Shown here piece by piece: positions 20,712 to 30,346 of a stretch of 61,700 bases of DNA (the first letter of the stretch is position 1; each line of letters starts with the position of its first letter). The DNA is from a virus (Duplodnaviria; Caudoviricetes). The notes beneath the pieces are model-generated. The model made no database searches. It was not told the origin of the DNA and worked only from the letters and a program-made list of their open reading frames with translations. The position numbers and the translations under genes are program-made. The stretch is from IMG/VR virus record IMGVR_UViG_3300044681_000784, positions 1 to 61,700 of that record, one strand, 5' to 3'.

Positions 20712-23150
20712 TTATCTTGGCTCAAATTCCGCCAAGTCAAAACCATCCAACGAGTCCTCGTTTGATTCAAAGTTTTGAGGAGGCAGGTTTAGCTTTCGCT
20801 GATTGATAAGCCGAGACTGCTCAGTGTTTTGCTGACTAATCCTTTTGGACTTACCTTCTTCTCTTGTTTTTTCTCTTTCAGCAAGCCTTTGCTCTTCAGC
20901 ATCAACCATCCTAATCTTGTAGTCAAACTCTTCAGCCATCAGTTTACTCTTAAGCTCAGCCTCAGCGTTCATCTTCTCAATAGAGAAAGCTACTCGAGCC
21001 TGCTCAATCTTAATATCCCTCTGAGTCTCCATCTCAATTTTTTGGATAGCCAAAACATTTGCCATCTCTTGAGCCTTAAGATTCTGCTGCGCCGCCATAG
21101 CCTGCTGTTGCATCTGCATCTTTTCCTCTCTCTCCTGCTTCTTAACTCTCTTCACCTTCAACAGTTGATTGGCAAGCTTAATGTTCTTGACCTCCCTAAT
21201 GTCAATGGCATCCTCCAAGTTGATGTCACCCTTCGATAATGCCATCTGAATGTTGGCCTCAAGCTGAGCTTTCTCTTCTTCGTCAGGAGAAACATCAATG
21301 AATATACCAAAGTCATAAATGTAAAGGTCCTTGATTTGGTCAAGTATGCCAACATTAAACCGGCCAATCTTATTGGCAAAGTCATCCCGGAAGTTTGCGT
21401 ACTGCAAAATGTCAGACACACGATAGGTCAACCCTTCCGCCAATGTTCTGAACATATACAAGGCCCCGTCAAGAATGTGGCGAGTAGCAGTATTAGAGTT
21501 CAACGCAGCAAGCTTCTGAAGCCCTACTAATCCCCTTGGATCAGGAGTGGAACCATCCCGAGCCTCGTTGAGCCCGGTAACAGTGCGTATCATGTCAAGG
21601 TAGTGATTGTAGTTCGCGATAAGCATCTGCGTCTTTCCTCCCCCCGAGTTAGAGTTAAGCTCCTGAATTGGAACCCGAGCATTGTTATAGTCCCCATCCT
21701 GCGTAAAGCTTCGGCCAATAACACTACCGGTTTGGAAGTATAGTCTAAGTGCATCTTCCGGATTGTACGCATTGCCGGTGCCAAGGTCAACCTCGTTAAG
21801 CCCATCAGCATCAATAAACACACCGTCAGGAACAACGCGAGAAATAACCTGCTGAAGCTTCAAGTGTGTGATCTGAATCAAATCAGCAAAAGGAATCATC
21901 CTCCGAACCAAAGACTCAATAACACCCTTGTACATACGAGGGGCAACAGCCACATAGTTTGGAAGAGCGTGTTGAGATGAAGACTTTGGCCGCACCATGT
22001 TCTCTGCCATCTCCCACTTCAAAAGGATGTTGGTGCCCATGACCATGATGCCATTATACCAAACATCAACAACCTTCTCAATTTTTTCAAAACGTCCTTC
22101 CTCCATCATCTCTGCCGGAGGATTAAAGGTATCGTCCTTCTCAATTACCCGGGAAGTTCCTGTTTCGGAAAGCTTCTTCTTGTATACAATCTTTTTTGTA
22201 GTCTTGTAGTTAAAGTACAAAAGGGTGCAGGTGTCTCTGTAAAAGATACTGTTCTCATAGAACTGAGCCACGTTGTAGTAATCGTACCAAGACTGACTGT
22301 ACTTTGAGATCTCATCCAAGTCTTCATTCGTAAGAGACTGATCAATTTTGTACAGCTCAGTAATAGGAAGAGTCTTAATCTCTCCCCAATAAAAACAGTC
22401 CTTAAAGTGTGGATCCTCAGTGTAGCTGTAAACAATGTTCGCAGGATCAACATAGGATATTTCAACTCCCGATCCGGGCAAGAACTCATGCTTACAAACA
22501 GCTATACCCAAAACAGCAAGGTCATAGTCCAACCGCTTGCGCAAATCGTAGTAGTGGTTTTCCTCAAGGATAGTGTTAATAGCCTCCTCTTCTGCTATCT
22601 CAATTGCAGGCTTATAGTTCAACTGCATATACAATGAAAGCTCCTCATCACTATTTGGAAGATCATCAGGATTCATTGTGAAGGGATCAGCACCGGTCTT
22701 TTCTTTAATCTTCAGCAAAATATCTTTAGCAACCATCTGCCCCTCAATCATGTCCTGATACTTGCTGCGCCGTTCTTGGGACATAGCATCTTGAGCGTAT
22801 GCCTTGACCTTAAACAAACGGTCAGACATTCCGTTCACAACAATGTCAACAAACTTTGGAATAATAGGAACAGGAGTCCAATCCAAGTTTAAATAGGACA
22901 GGTCTCCGTTCACAGAGATCTCGTCTTTGTACTTCTGAACAGACTGCTCACCCCTCGCATATAAACGCAAACGATGGAAGTCTCTCCATTGACTATAAAA
23001 CCTACATTGATTACCATCCTTTCTGAACCACTCGTACTGTATAGCCTGACCTATCTGAAGGCCAAACTCATCGGATGCCTTTTCCGCATCCGACACAAAT
23101 TGGCTCGGGAAACCGGCGGAACTGATATTGACTTTTATGTCCTTTTTCAT
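20712..23150 (-). CDS. Portal protein (812 aa)
   Basis: Immediately after TerL; RLYARGEQS, SYLNLDWTPVPIIPKFVDIVVNG and TGLNEARDG motifs; C-terminal coiled coil. Confidence 0.85.
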   Translation of the reverse strand: MKKDIKVNISSAGFPSQFVSDAEKASDEFGLQIGQAIQYEWFRKDGNQCRFYSQWRDFHRLRLYARGEQSVQKYKDEISVNGDLSYLNLDWTPVPIIPKFVDIVVNGMSDRLFKVKAYAQDAMSQERRSKYQDMIEGQMVAKDILLKIKEKTGADPFTMNPDDLPNSDEELSLYMQLNYKPAIEIAEEEAINTILEENHYYDLRKRLDYDLAVLGIAVCKHEFLPGSGVEISYVDPANIVYSYTEDPHFKDCFYWGEIKTLPITELYKIDQSLTNEDLDEISKYSQSWYDYYNVAQFYENSIFYRDTCTLLYFNYKTTKKIVYKKKLSETGTSRVIEKDDTFNPPAEMMEEGRFEKIEKVVDVWYNGIMVMGTNILLKWEMAENMVRPKSSSQHALPNYVAVAPRMYKGVIESLVRRMIPFADLIQITHLKLQQVISRVVPDGVFIDADGLNEVDLGTGNAYNPEDALRLYFQTGSVIGRSFTQDGDYNNARVPIQELNSNSGGGKTQMLIANYNHYLDMIRTVTGLNEARDGSTPDPRGLVGLQKLAALNSNTATRHILDGALYMFRTLAEGLTYRVSDILQYANFRDDFANKIGRFNVGILDQIKDLYIYDFGIFIDVSPDEEEKAQLEANIQMALSKGDINLEDAIDIREVKNIKLANQLLKVKRVKKQEREEKMQMQQQAMAAQQNLKAQEMANVLAIQKIEMETQRDIKIEQARVAFSIEKMNAEAELKSKLMAEEFDYKIRMVDAEEQRLAEREKTREEGKSKRISQQNTEQSRLINQRKLNLPPQNFESNEDSLDGFDLAEFEPR

Positions 23151-25396
23151 TTATTAATCTTGCTGAAAACTCCTGAGTTGTTATATGTTGCAAAGTTAAC
23201 GCTTATTTTCGATTGTTTTACTTCAGGCTGATATATATGCTTTTGATTAGCCATAATTGCTAATCCCGAACTGATTGTGGCGTCAAACAACGTCCTATTA
23301 CTTATGTCAAACTTCGCCCAATCCTCAAGCGTTCTGTTGAAGTACATCGATCCCATCTCATCTGAATCTCGGTATGTTCCCTCAAAGTCAATGCCAACGT
23401 GCTTCTCAATATAAGACTCAACAGCAGATGCATGAGCCTGCTTCACATCCTCTGAAGAGTTTGGAATACCCCCAAGCTCCCTCTCAGTTTTTGAAAGTTT
23501 TGCAAACTGTTTGTCCGGCCTGTTCATACTGAAACCTCTGTACCCCCTGTTCTTCAGATGGTACAACAACCTTGGCTTGTTGTTCTCGACAAGGATAGGC
23601 ATACCGTAAAAAACTATAGCCATCAGAACCTCCTCAAAAAATATCTCAGCGGTATCGGGCCGGGCAATGTACTCAAGAAAAAACTCATTCGACGGAGCAT
23701 CGTCCATGTTGTACTTTGTCAGCCCATGCAAAGAACCGTTAGATCCACTACCAAATCCAACTCCGGATATGTCATAGCTGTCACACCCAAAAGCTCCAAT
23801 GTGTTCGTTCAGTGGGTGCCGAATCCCGTTCCTCATTTGATATCTGTTCTGAAGATGCTTCGGAGGTATCCAACTGACAAGGAACCTACCCCTCGGGTTC
23901 GGAGTCCAAACAACCTCAGTGTCTTTCATCCCGTCCTTCCAATGAAATGAACCTCGAGTAAGAACGTGCTGCTGTATCATCGAGTCATTGTAGTCTATCT
24001 GCTGATAGATCTTCGTGAGATTAAACAACGATGCCCGGCTCTCATCCCTAAATGCATGGGACTCTGTCCTTGGATACTGACGGTAGAACTCATTCAACGC
24101 ATCAGGATCGTTCTTCAATGACTCAACCTCTGCGTCCCAATAGTCTATGGCCCCATTTGTAATCTTCTGATTATCAACCCCAAGTATGGGGGAAGGTGGC
24201 TTTCTAAACACAGGCATACCGTACCTGTCAATAAACCCTTCAAGGTTCCACTCCATCGGAATGAAAAGCTTGTACATACCACTCTTTGTTTGGCCGTTGG
24301 CGTTTCTCTTGGATATATCAGAGTCATAGTAAAGACTCTTAAAGTTACCACCACCCTTTGCTAATGCGTTACAGGTAGATCCCATCAAGCACTTGCCAAT
24401 AATCTTTCTTCCCAATCTCAAGCAAGTCTTAGTAACCCTCCAATTGTTAAGGATATTGTTTGGTTTTATCCACTTTCCACTTTCATCGTGAACAAGGAGC
24501 AACAGCTTTTCTCCGTCATAGGAGTTGTCTTCAGTGTTCTTCCAATCGATTGTAGTATCCAACCCCACGAAATCTTCGTCCTCTCCGATCTCGTGCATAT
24601 TCTTCTTGGTGATCTTCGATGCCGGAACCCGGTACGCCAACTCCGTCTTTGGCCGGTCCATACCGTCCTGTATTGGCTTGAAGAAAAATGGCAGGTTCGT
24701 ACTTATAGGAACAACCTTGTCGGTAAACATCTTCTTGGCATCACCCCCTGTCTTTGACAGGATTCCAACTCGTGCATTTTTTGCATAGGTTCCGGTGTTC
24801 ACGCACTCAGAAGATGACATATATGAAAACCCTGACCGCCGGATCTTAAGGTATATCATCCCAAAAGATCTATCGTCAGCCTTACACGCTTCCCAAAAAA
24901 TATAAAGGATCCTGTTGGCCTCCCTGTAGTCTGCATACCCAACGTCAATCTTTGACCACTGCAAGTACATCCAATGCGCCCCGGTAATGTACGTTGGCTT
25001 ACCGTTGTTCATAAACCAATACCCGTTATCCCTGAAATCAAACTGAGACTCAATGTAATCAACCCATCTATCCTTAAACTCCCTTGGCTTCTCGTTCCAC
25101 TGAAATATGGTCTGTATCTTCTCCAACTCTTTTGGATATGGCTCACGCTCAAAATACTGCTCAGCCTGCTTTTGACTCCTCGAGTAACACTCATCAGGTG
25201 CCAACGGAAGCGCAATCACCAAGTCCGATATCCTAACAATCTCTCCGATCTGACCTGTCCTCGATATGACCACAACATCATACTTCTCATTGTAGCCATA
25301 CTGCCAAGCCTTTGATCGGTTCTTGCTCGATATGACGCTCTTAGGAATATAGCCATCAAGAACTACATACAGACTATTTTGACCTTCGTTCTGCAA
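23147..25396 (-). CDS. terL: Terminase large subunit (749 aa)
   Basis: Walker A variant LKIRRSGFS, Walker B LLVHDESGK, coupling motif GST, nuclease GCDSYD...ENN...DATI. Confidence 0.9.
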   Translation of the reverse strand: MQNEGQNSLYVVLDGYIPKSVISSKNRSKAWQYGYNEKYDVVVISRTGQIGEIVRISDLVIALPLAPDECYSRSQKQAEQYFEREPYPKELEKIQTIFQWNEKPREFKDRWVDYIESQFDFRDNGYWFMNNGKPTYITGAHWMYLQWSKIDVGYADYREANRILYIFWEACKADDRSFGMIYLKIRRSGFSYMSSSECVNTGTYAKNARVGILSKTGGDAKKMFTDKVVPISTNLPFFFKPIQDGMDRPKTELAYRVPASKITKKNMHEIGEDEDFVGLDTTIDWKNTEDNSYDGEKLLLLVHDESGKWIKPNNILNNWRVTKTCLRLGRKIIGKCLMGSTCNALAKGGGNFKSLYYDSDISKRNANGQTKSGMYKLFIPMEWNLEGFIDRYGMPVFRKPPSPILGVDNQKITNGAIDYWDAEVESLKNDPDALNEFYRQYPRTESHAFRDESRASLFNLTKIYQQIDYNDSMIQQHVLTRGSFHWKDGMKDTEVVWTPNPRGRFLVSWIPPKHLQNRYQMRNGIRHPLNEHIGAFGCDSYDISGVGFGSGSNGSLHGLTKYNMDDAPSNEFFLEYIARPDTAEIFFEEVLMAIVFYGMPILVENNKPRLLYHLKNRGYRGFSMNRPDKQFAKLSKTERELGGIPNSSEDVKQAHASAVESYIEKHVGIDFEGTYRDSDEMGSMYFNRTLEDWAKFDISNRTLFDATISSGLAIMANQKHIYQPEVKQSKISVNFATYNNSGVFSKINK

Positions 25397-25652
25397 AGCC
25401 TTGTTTTGAATCAGTTTTTACGACACCTCTATCCATTTGCTCGATGGCATCCTTCTCCGCTTCTATTCTTGAAAGAATCTCAAACGCATCAAAGATAGCC
25501 ATCTTCTTTGCCTGAGCAGCGTTCTTAAGTTTGTCCGCAGACAGATCATCGTCGTTGCCAACGATTGCCTCTTCAGCCACCTTTATAAGTTGCTCTACTG
25601 CGCGATGCCCTGCGCTGATAATTCTTAGCCTTAACTCCTTTGGTGTATTCAT
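25374..25652 (-). CDS. Probable terminase small subunit
   Basis: Helical 92-aa ORF overlapping the terL start; KNAAQAKK.AIFDAFEIL motif. Confidence 0.5.
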   Translation of the reverse strand: MNTPKELRLRIISAGHRAVEQLIKVAEEAIVGNDDDLSADKLKNAAQAKKMAIFDAFEILSRIEAEKDAIEQMDRGVVKTDSKQGFAERRSK

Positions 25653-26131
25653 TCTTTCATAATTAAAAACACAACCTGTATAAGCCGGGAGTCATCTCCA
25701 TTTCCAAAGTTCTCGTACAAATTACGAGAGTGCATACAGTCCGATGGAAACACCATGGCCCTGTTAAACTTTGAATGGCCAACCAAAACAACCTTCCCTT
25801 CATCATCATAAAGCGTAGTTCCGTCCCCTTCCGGCGGACTCTCATTAAGATAAAGTATTGCCGTTAAGTCCCCCATCATCTCATCAGAGTGAATAAAATG
25901 AGGCTCGTCTTGCATATACGGAGACTTCCTTGCAAAGTTCCAAGAAGGATAAACTTTATTATCCCTGAACTCTTTGATCAAAAAATCAATAAACTCATCA
26001 CTTTGAGAAAGAGGCTGAATGTTCTTGAAAAGGTTCACCCCATCAAAAGCATCCATAAAATCCCCTGACAGAATCTTTTTCCTATAAGCTATAGGATCCT
26101 TTATTACGTTGTCAAAAAAGAATGCGTTCAC
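25649..26131 (-). CDS. 2OG-Fe(II) dioxygenase-family protein
   Basis: HxD (IHSD), TAILYLN, GT, FNRAMVF and distal H (MHSR), then R..QV of the double-stranded beta-helix fold. Confidence 0.75.
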   Translation of the reverse strand: MNAFFFDNVIKDPIAYRKKILSGDFMDAFDGVNLFKNIQPLSQSDEFIDFLIKEFRDNKVYPSWNFARKSPYMQDEPHFIHSDEMMGDLTAILYLNESPPEGDGTTLYDDEGKVVLVGHSKFNRAMVFPSDCMHSRNLYENFGNGDDSRLIQVVFLIMKE

Positions 26132-26691
26132 AGCTTGATTGTTATTTGATGGTCAAACATTCGGTACATCTTTTTATCATCAACAATAAACTCGTACTCA
26201 CTGTCCGGCTTAAAACAAACCATGTCCCCGGCGTTTACGTCAAGGGAAAGCAAACGCTCATTTGGCATCTCCATAATACCAACCAATGGCTCCTCCGATC
26301 CCGGCTTCTTAATGAAAGAATCAATCGTTGGTACAGGACTAACAAAACAGTACCTGCCATATGCGCTCCACACTCCATCTCTTTTGTAAGCAAAGTACTG
26401 ATCCTCCTCTATCAAGAAAAGATCGTCCTTTAAAAAACTGCGGCCCGACTGCCGCCGGCCCTTCATGTCATTGTAAAACTTAAATACGTTGTGGTGCACA
26501 AGAAGAATATCTCCAACCTTTATAGGCCCGGAGTAACCTCTTGGAACTTCTACTACTTCCGCATATCGATTTGAAAAGCGATGGTCTTCCTCAGATGTAC
26601 TTACGATTAGGTCTAATCCTTCTACATTCTTTGTGTTACTGTATCGCTTCCCCTCATGCGGCTTTGCAATGAAGTGGAATGGTGATTGCAT
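26128..26691 (-). CDS. Tandem double GroES-like co-chaperonin (187 aa)
   Basis: Two GroES-like halves: AEVVEVP...IKVGDILLV and GIM...VNAGDMVCF...EFIVDDKKMYRM..HQI. Confidence 0.6.
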   Translation of the reverse strand: MQSPFHFIAKPHEGKRYSNTKNVEGLDLIVSTSEEDHRFSNRYAEVVEVPRGYSGPIKVGDILLVHHNVFKFYNDMKGRRQSGRSFLKDDLFLIEEDQYFAYKRDGVWSAYGRYCFVSPVPTIDSFIKKPGSEEPLVGIMEMPNERLLSLDVNAGDMVCFKPDSEYEFIVDDKKMYRMFDHQITIKL

Positions 26692-26928
26692 TTAGATGTT
26701 GATATTGTATTCAATTGAAATAGGCATTGTACTACCGAAAGATTTCCACAAAAGAACCTCTTCCTTGTCGTTTATAATCCAAACCAAAACTTGGCCTTCA
26801 TGAAATGTAAACCCATTTACCTTATGGGTGTCACTCAAAACAGACTGCCCCAAGATGTAGTGCATAGCGGTTTTGTAGTCCGCGCCAACAGACACCTTTC
26901 TAATCTCATATGACATAGGGCTCATCAT
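26692..26928 (-). CDS. Hypothetical protein (about 75 aa)
   Basis: ORF in operon; IRKVSVGADYK.AMHY..GQ...LWK.F...MPISIEYNI. Confidence 0.7.
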   Translation of the reverse strand: MMSPMSYEIRKVSVGADYKTAMHYILGQSVLSDTHKVNGFTFHEGQVLVWIINDKEEVLLWKSFGSTMPISIEYNINI

Positions 26929-27563
26929 ATGGATGCTTTATAAACTTGAACAGCAAAGCTTGGAGTCGCAGCCCATCCGGGGGTAGACACCGCAGCCGGA
27001 TACAGCCCCCCTGCATCAACCCCTGCGCTGTCTCTTACAATTTCAAAAGTAAGCTCAAGACCTGCAGTTGGAATGTACAAAGGTACTGTACGCTCATAAG
27101 GAATCCAAGTTGCTATATTATTAATCACAATAGACTGAGTGTTTCCGGCAGGCAAACTGTTAAGCAGAGCTCTGAAGTGCAAAAAAGCAACCCCAACTGA
27201 AGAACCAACCCTCTCGAACAAACCCTGAGCAGACACCATGTACTGCCCCGTCTGATTAAATCGAATCACCCCTGTAGAAAGAAGCTGTACCGGATCAGAT
27301 GGCCCCTGCTGAGCAGGGCCAATAGTTAGCTGAAGCGGAGCGTCAAGACCTGAAGGTGCCAACGCACCCGTCTCCTTAGCATTCAAAACACTTGTATACT
27401 GCAACGGAGTTGGGGCAGGAGGAGGTGGCGTATTCGCAAGAAACAAAGCAAGCACGTCAGACAGAACAAAGTTTTCTGTTTCATTTGACGGATTAACTTT
27501 GGTACCAATAACCTTGTCATTAAGAGCAGGGCTCGCGTTAATGTATGTAGATATTTTTGCCAT
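26925..27563 (-). CDS. Putative fibre/decoration protein with C1q/TNF-like C-terminal beta domain
   Basis: MAKISTY...DKVIGT N-terminus, Pro linker, I.F..TG.Y.V beta-sandwich pattern. Confidence 0.5.
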   Translation of the reverse strand: MAKISTYINASPALNDKVIGTKVNPSNETENFVLSDVLALFLANTPPPPAPTPLQYTSVLNAKETGALAPSGLDAPLQLTIGPAQQGPSDPVQLLSTGVIRFNQTGQYMVSAQGLFERVGSSVGVAFLHFRALLNSLPAGNTQSIVINNIATWIPYERTVPLYIPTAGLELTFEIVRDSAGVDAGGLYPAAVSTPGWAATPSFAVQVYKASI

Positions 27564-27565
27564 GA

Positions 27566-27811
27566 TTAGTTGGGTAAGTCTTCTTTAGAGTATGTAATGT
27601 CTCCGGTCTTAATGTCTATGACAGCATTCTTCCCGTACTTACTAACAAGCTTTGCTTCGTTTTCCATAAAGTCAGCCTTCAAAACTTCAATCTCCTTAAT
27701 AACAGAAGCCTTCTGAAGTTCAAGGTCCGCAAGCATAAGCTTGAAACGGCTGTACTGTGTGTTCATTGCTTGAAGCATTTCAAGCTCTTGAGATGTTACG
27801 GTTGCTTTCAT
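27566..27811 (-). CDS. Small coiled-coil protein
   Basis: L..KYG....IDIKTG motif; promoter at 27827-27834. Confidence 0.65.
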   Translation of the reverse strand: MKATVTSQELEMLQAMNTQYSRFKLMLADLELQKASVIKEIEVLKADFMENEAKLVSKYGKNAVIDIKTGDITYSKEDLPN

Positions 27812-27843
27812 AAGATTTAATTTTGACAAAGATAGGATTTTTT

Positions 27844-27990
27844 TTATCTGCCCTGACGATTGTAAGGCTTTTTATAGTTCTTCGACGCCTTTATCTTTGA
27901 CGTCTTTGCCTTAGCATGAACCCCGGGCCGGTTAACGTCCGCCTTCTTTAAAAAGGATGGCTGAGCATCCGACTTCTTTTTTGCTGCCAT
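27844..27990 (-). CDS. Small basic protein (48 aa; not in the ORF track)
   Basis: MAAKKKSDAQPSFLKKADVNRPGVHAKAKTSKIKASKNYKKPYNRQGR; start overlaps the holin stop. Confidence 0.65.
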   Translation of the reverse strand: MAAKKKSDAQPSFLKKADVNRPGVHAKAKTSKIKASKNYKKPYNRQGR

Positions 27991-28445
27991 TACAACTCTG
28001 ATTTAATATCCTTTGCCTTTATGATAACCTCCTTCATGTTTCGAATAAAGCTGTTCACTCTTTCAGTGATTCCTTTGCCCGACATCCACCTTACTTTCTC
28101 GTCAACGCTTGAGTATTCCAATGATATCAAAAACAAAGTTGTTACAATCGTGAATAAATAATCTTTGTCAAACAACAACTTAACAAAGTCATTGATTATC
28201 AAATGGTCAAGAAGAAAAGCAAAGAGCAGCCCAACACTATATGTAATCATCTTTCGAATAAACCCAACGCGCGCTTTTCCTGAAGTAACAACCTCACCTT
28301 TCCACTTAGCGTGTGATATTCCAACAAACGTGTCAATAACCACAGCAATAGTAACCAACAGAACCATCCCGGCAACCGGAGTGAAAAACGCTGCCAACGA
28401 CAAAAGGTATGTCATCAAAAAAGACTTTAGTTCAAGCTTATCCAT
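27990..28445 (-). CDS. Holin (phage holin 4-like)
   Basis: Multiple TM segments; IDT..G...A...G...TS..AR.G..RK...Y and E..S..E motifs; next to the endolysin and spanin genes. Confidence 0.75.
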   Translation of the reverse strand: MDKLELKSFLMTYLLSLAAFFTPVAGMVLLVTIAVVIDTFVGISHAKWKGEVVTSGKARVGFIRKMITYSVGLLFAFLLDHLIINDFVKLLFDKDYLFTIVTTLFLISLEYSSVDEKVRWMSGKGITERVNSFIRNMKEVIIKAKDIKSEL

Positions 28446-28861
28446 ATCAAGAAAATTAGAAGGCCAATGAAAAAGAAAATGCCAAGATAAAAGAAGAACA
28501 TTTTCCAAAATGGAATAGGTTCCTTTATTGTAATCGTCTTGGTTATAACTGTAGACTTGTACTTATCCTTAAGCTTTGCAGTAAACTCACGCTCTTTCTG
28601 CTCGTAGTCAAACGTCAAAATGCTGTCTATCCTTACAACTCGTACCTTTCCTTCCTTAAAAACAACAACGGTATCCATGTCCGGACACAGGTCGGGCATC
28701 TCAAAAATAATCGTATCACCGGGAACAAATATTAAAGTATCGCGATACGCAATACTGTCTACTGTGACAGTATCAACAATAACCTTTGGCGGAAATTTCT
28801 CATAGCATCTCCTCTCGGTAATGCAAGATGATAGCACCAAAAGAATAAGTAGGTATCTCAT
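28427..28861 (-). CDS. Putative unimolecular spanin
   Basis: Lipoprotein signal MRYLLILLVLSS-C, beta-rich middle and C-terminal TM helix; lies between endolysin and holin. Confidence 0.65.
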   Translation of the reverse strand: MRYLLILLVLSSCITERRCYEKFPPKVIVDTVTVDSIAYRDTLIFVPGDTIIFEMPDLCPDMDTVVVFKEGKVRVVRIDSILTFDYEQKEREFTAKLKDKYKSTVITKTITIKEPIPFWKMFFFYLGIFFFIGLLIFLIWISLN

Positions 28862-28889
28862 TTTGCAAAGGTAATACTTTAAAATGAAA

Positions 28890-29276
28890 CTACTTAGACC
28901 AACGCGCCTTTTTACCCCTGATGTCGTAGTGAGTAAACCTTGCGTACCTGCCAACTCCGCCCTCCAAAATCTTACCCTCGTCAATAAGCCTCTCGATTAA
29001 GTCAGCCGTTTCACTTGGCTTCATGCCTGATATCACAATGTCAGCCGCCATTCCCCTTAAGTGCTGAGAATTCTTTGCCCCTCCAATCTTGGCGTTGTGC
29101 TTAGGAGATCTGTACCCGGAGTTAATTTTAATTGACCTGTCTCCTGCCTCAGACCTGATAACCTCAAGCTGTTCAGCCAACACCATTATGTTTGAAATTG
29201 CCTCAGAGCTAAAATCTTTCCCTGACCGGCAAGCAAACTCACTAAAAGAAAAGTTGCTTGTAAGCTTCATGGCCAT
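28890..29276 (-). CDS. Endolysin, peptidase M15A family
   Basis: NFS..EF, SGYRS..HN..IGGA..SQH..GMAADI and H.DIRG zinc-binding motifs. Confidence 0.85.
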   Translation of the reverse strand: MAMKLTSNFSFSEFACRSGKDFSSEAISNIMVLAEQLEVIRSEAGDRSIKINSGYRSPKHNAKIGGAKNSQHLRGMAADIVISGMKPSETADLIERLIDEGKILEGGVGRYARFTHYDIRGKKARWSK

Positions 29277-29281
29277 TAATT

Positions 29282-29491
29282 TTAATCAAATTGTGGAGGC
29301 ACCCAAGGTATAATTGGCAAGTCCTTCACCCACAAAAAATCTTCGTTTACAGTCTGATCTACTTCCTCAACTGAGATAACCCAATTGCTCGGATCATTGC
29401 CATCTTCAACAGGATTAAAATAACTGTCAGGGGCATACATCTTCCCTAAAAGATCATCTTTCTGCTCATATGTTAATACATAAACATTCAT
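29282..29491 (-). CDS. Small acidic hypothetical protein (69 aa)
   Basis: Coupled to the upstream tail-like gene; LT.EQKD.L.G..Y..D.YFNP...W.IS.EE. Confidence 0.65.
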   Translation of the reverse strand: MNVYVLTYEQKDDLLGKMYAPDSYFNPVEDGNDPSNWVISVEEVDQTVNEDFLWVKDLPIIPWVPPQFD

Positions 29492-30345
29492 CTTCCAACC
29501 GCTGTATTAAATGCGTCTACAATTTGTTTTAACAAAAGAGGTCTTGTCGTGCTACCAACATTGTTCATTACAACCTCAAAGTTTCTCCTCCTGTTAGAAT
29601 AATTTGCAGGAGCTCCATTAGAATTAATGGCACCCGAAAGCAAATCTCTGTCAGGTCTTCCTGATGATCCTGCAGAAAACGGAGTCAATACTGTATCCCT
29701 TTGAAAATACGCCTGTCCGGATATCTGAATGGATCCCCAAAATCCTATAGCACTTGTTGCCGGCGAAGCAGCAACACCATATTGATTACTTGTTAATGCT
29801 CGAGAATACCTTGTACCAAAAAAGTTAGATGCTATCAAGAAACCTGTAAAGTTGGTAAAGGTTTGACAGCCAATATCCATACCCACATCCGTATTTTCTA
29901 CAACATTACAAAATACACCACCATTAGTATTAGAACTCATATTGATTGATGGGGTGAAATTGTTACTCATGTAAGCATTTACACCATTAGGCTTTGATCC
30001 TGCTGTTGTGTGAACCCAACCACCAAAAAAGGTTCCGTAAAAATCTGATGTATTGGTTGTTGGAAGAATTGCGTTCAATGCATTTGTAGCGGCCAACGCC
30101 CCAAAATATGGCCTAACTATTTTCAAGTCAGGGTACATATTATCGGAAGAATTAACAGGGCCAATACCCTTTAAGTCTAAAAACAAATTGCTTATAGCAA
30201 CACTCTCCGGGCCACTTGGAGTATATCCTAACGCAGAGAGAGAGGCTATATAAATACTTGCATCAGGATCTAATCCGCCTCCCCCCGAAGGAACAGATAG
30301 GGACAACCCCGGAGAAATACCAATACCTATCCCTAATGGAGCCAC
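29488..30345 (-). CDS. Putative virion/fibre protein with lectin-like (LamG-like) C-terminus
   Basis: G-I-G-I-G N-terminus, DPDA..YI...GGW.H...G...NG.N.Y...F pattern; more AT-rich than its neighbours. Confidence 0.5.
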   Translation of the reverse strand: MAPLGIGIGISPGLSLSVPSGGGGLDPDASIYIASLSALGYTPSGPESVAISNLFLDLKGIGPVNSSDNMYPDLKIVRPYFGALAATNALNAILPTTNTSDFYGTFFGGWVHTTAGSKPNGVNAYMSNNFTPSINMSSNTNGGVFCNVVENTDVGMDIGCQTFTNFTGFLIASNFFGTRYSRALTSNQYGVAASPATSAIGFWGSIQISGQAYFQRDTVLTPFSAGSSGRPDRDLLSGAINSNGAPANYSNRRRNFEVVMNNVGSTTRPLLLKQIVDAFNTAVGR

Positions 30346-30346
30346 C

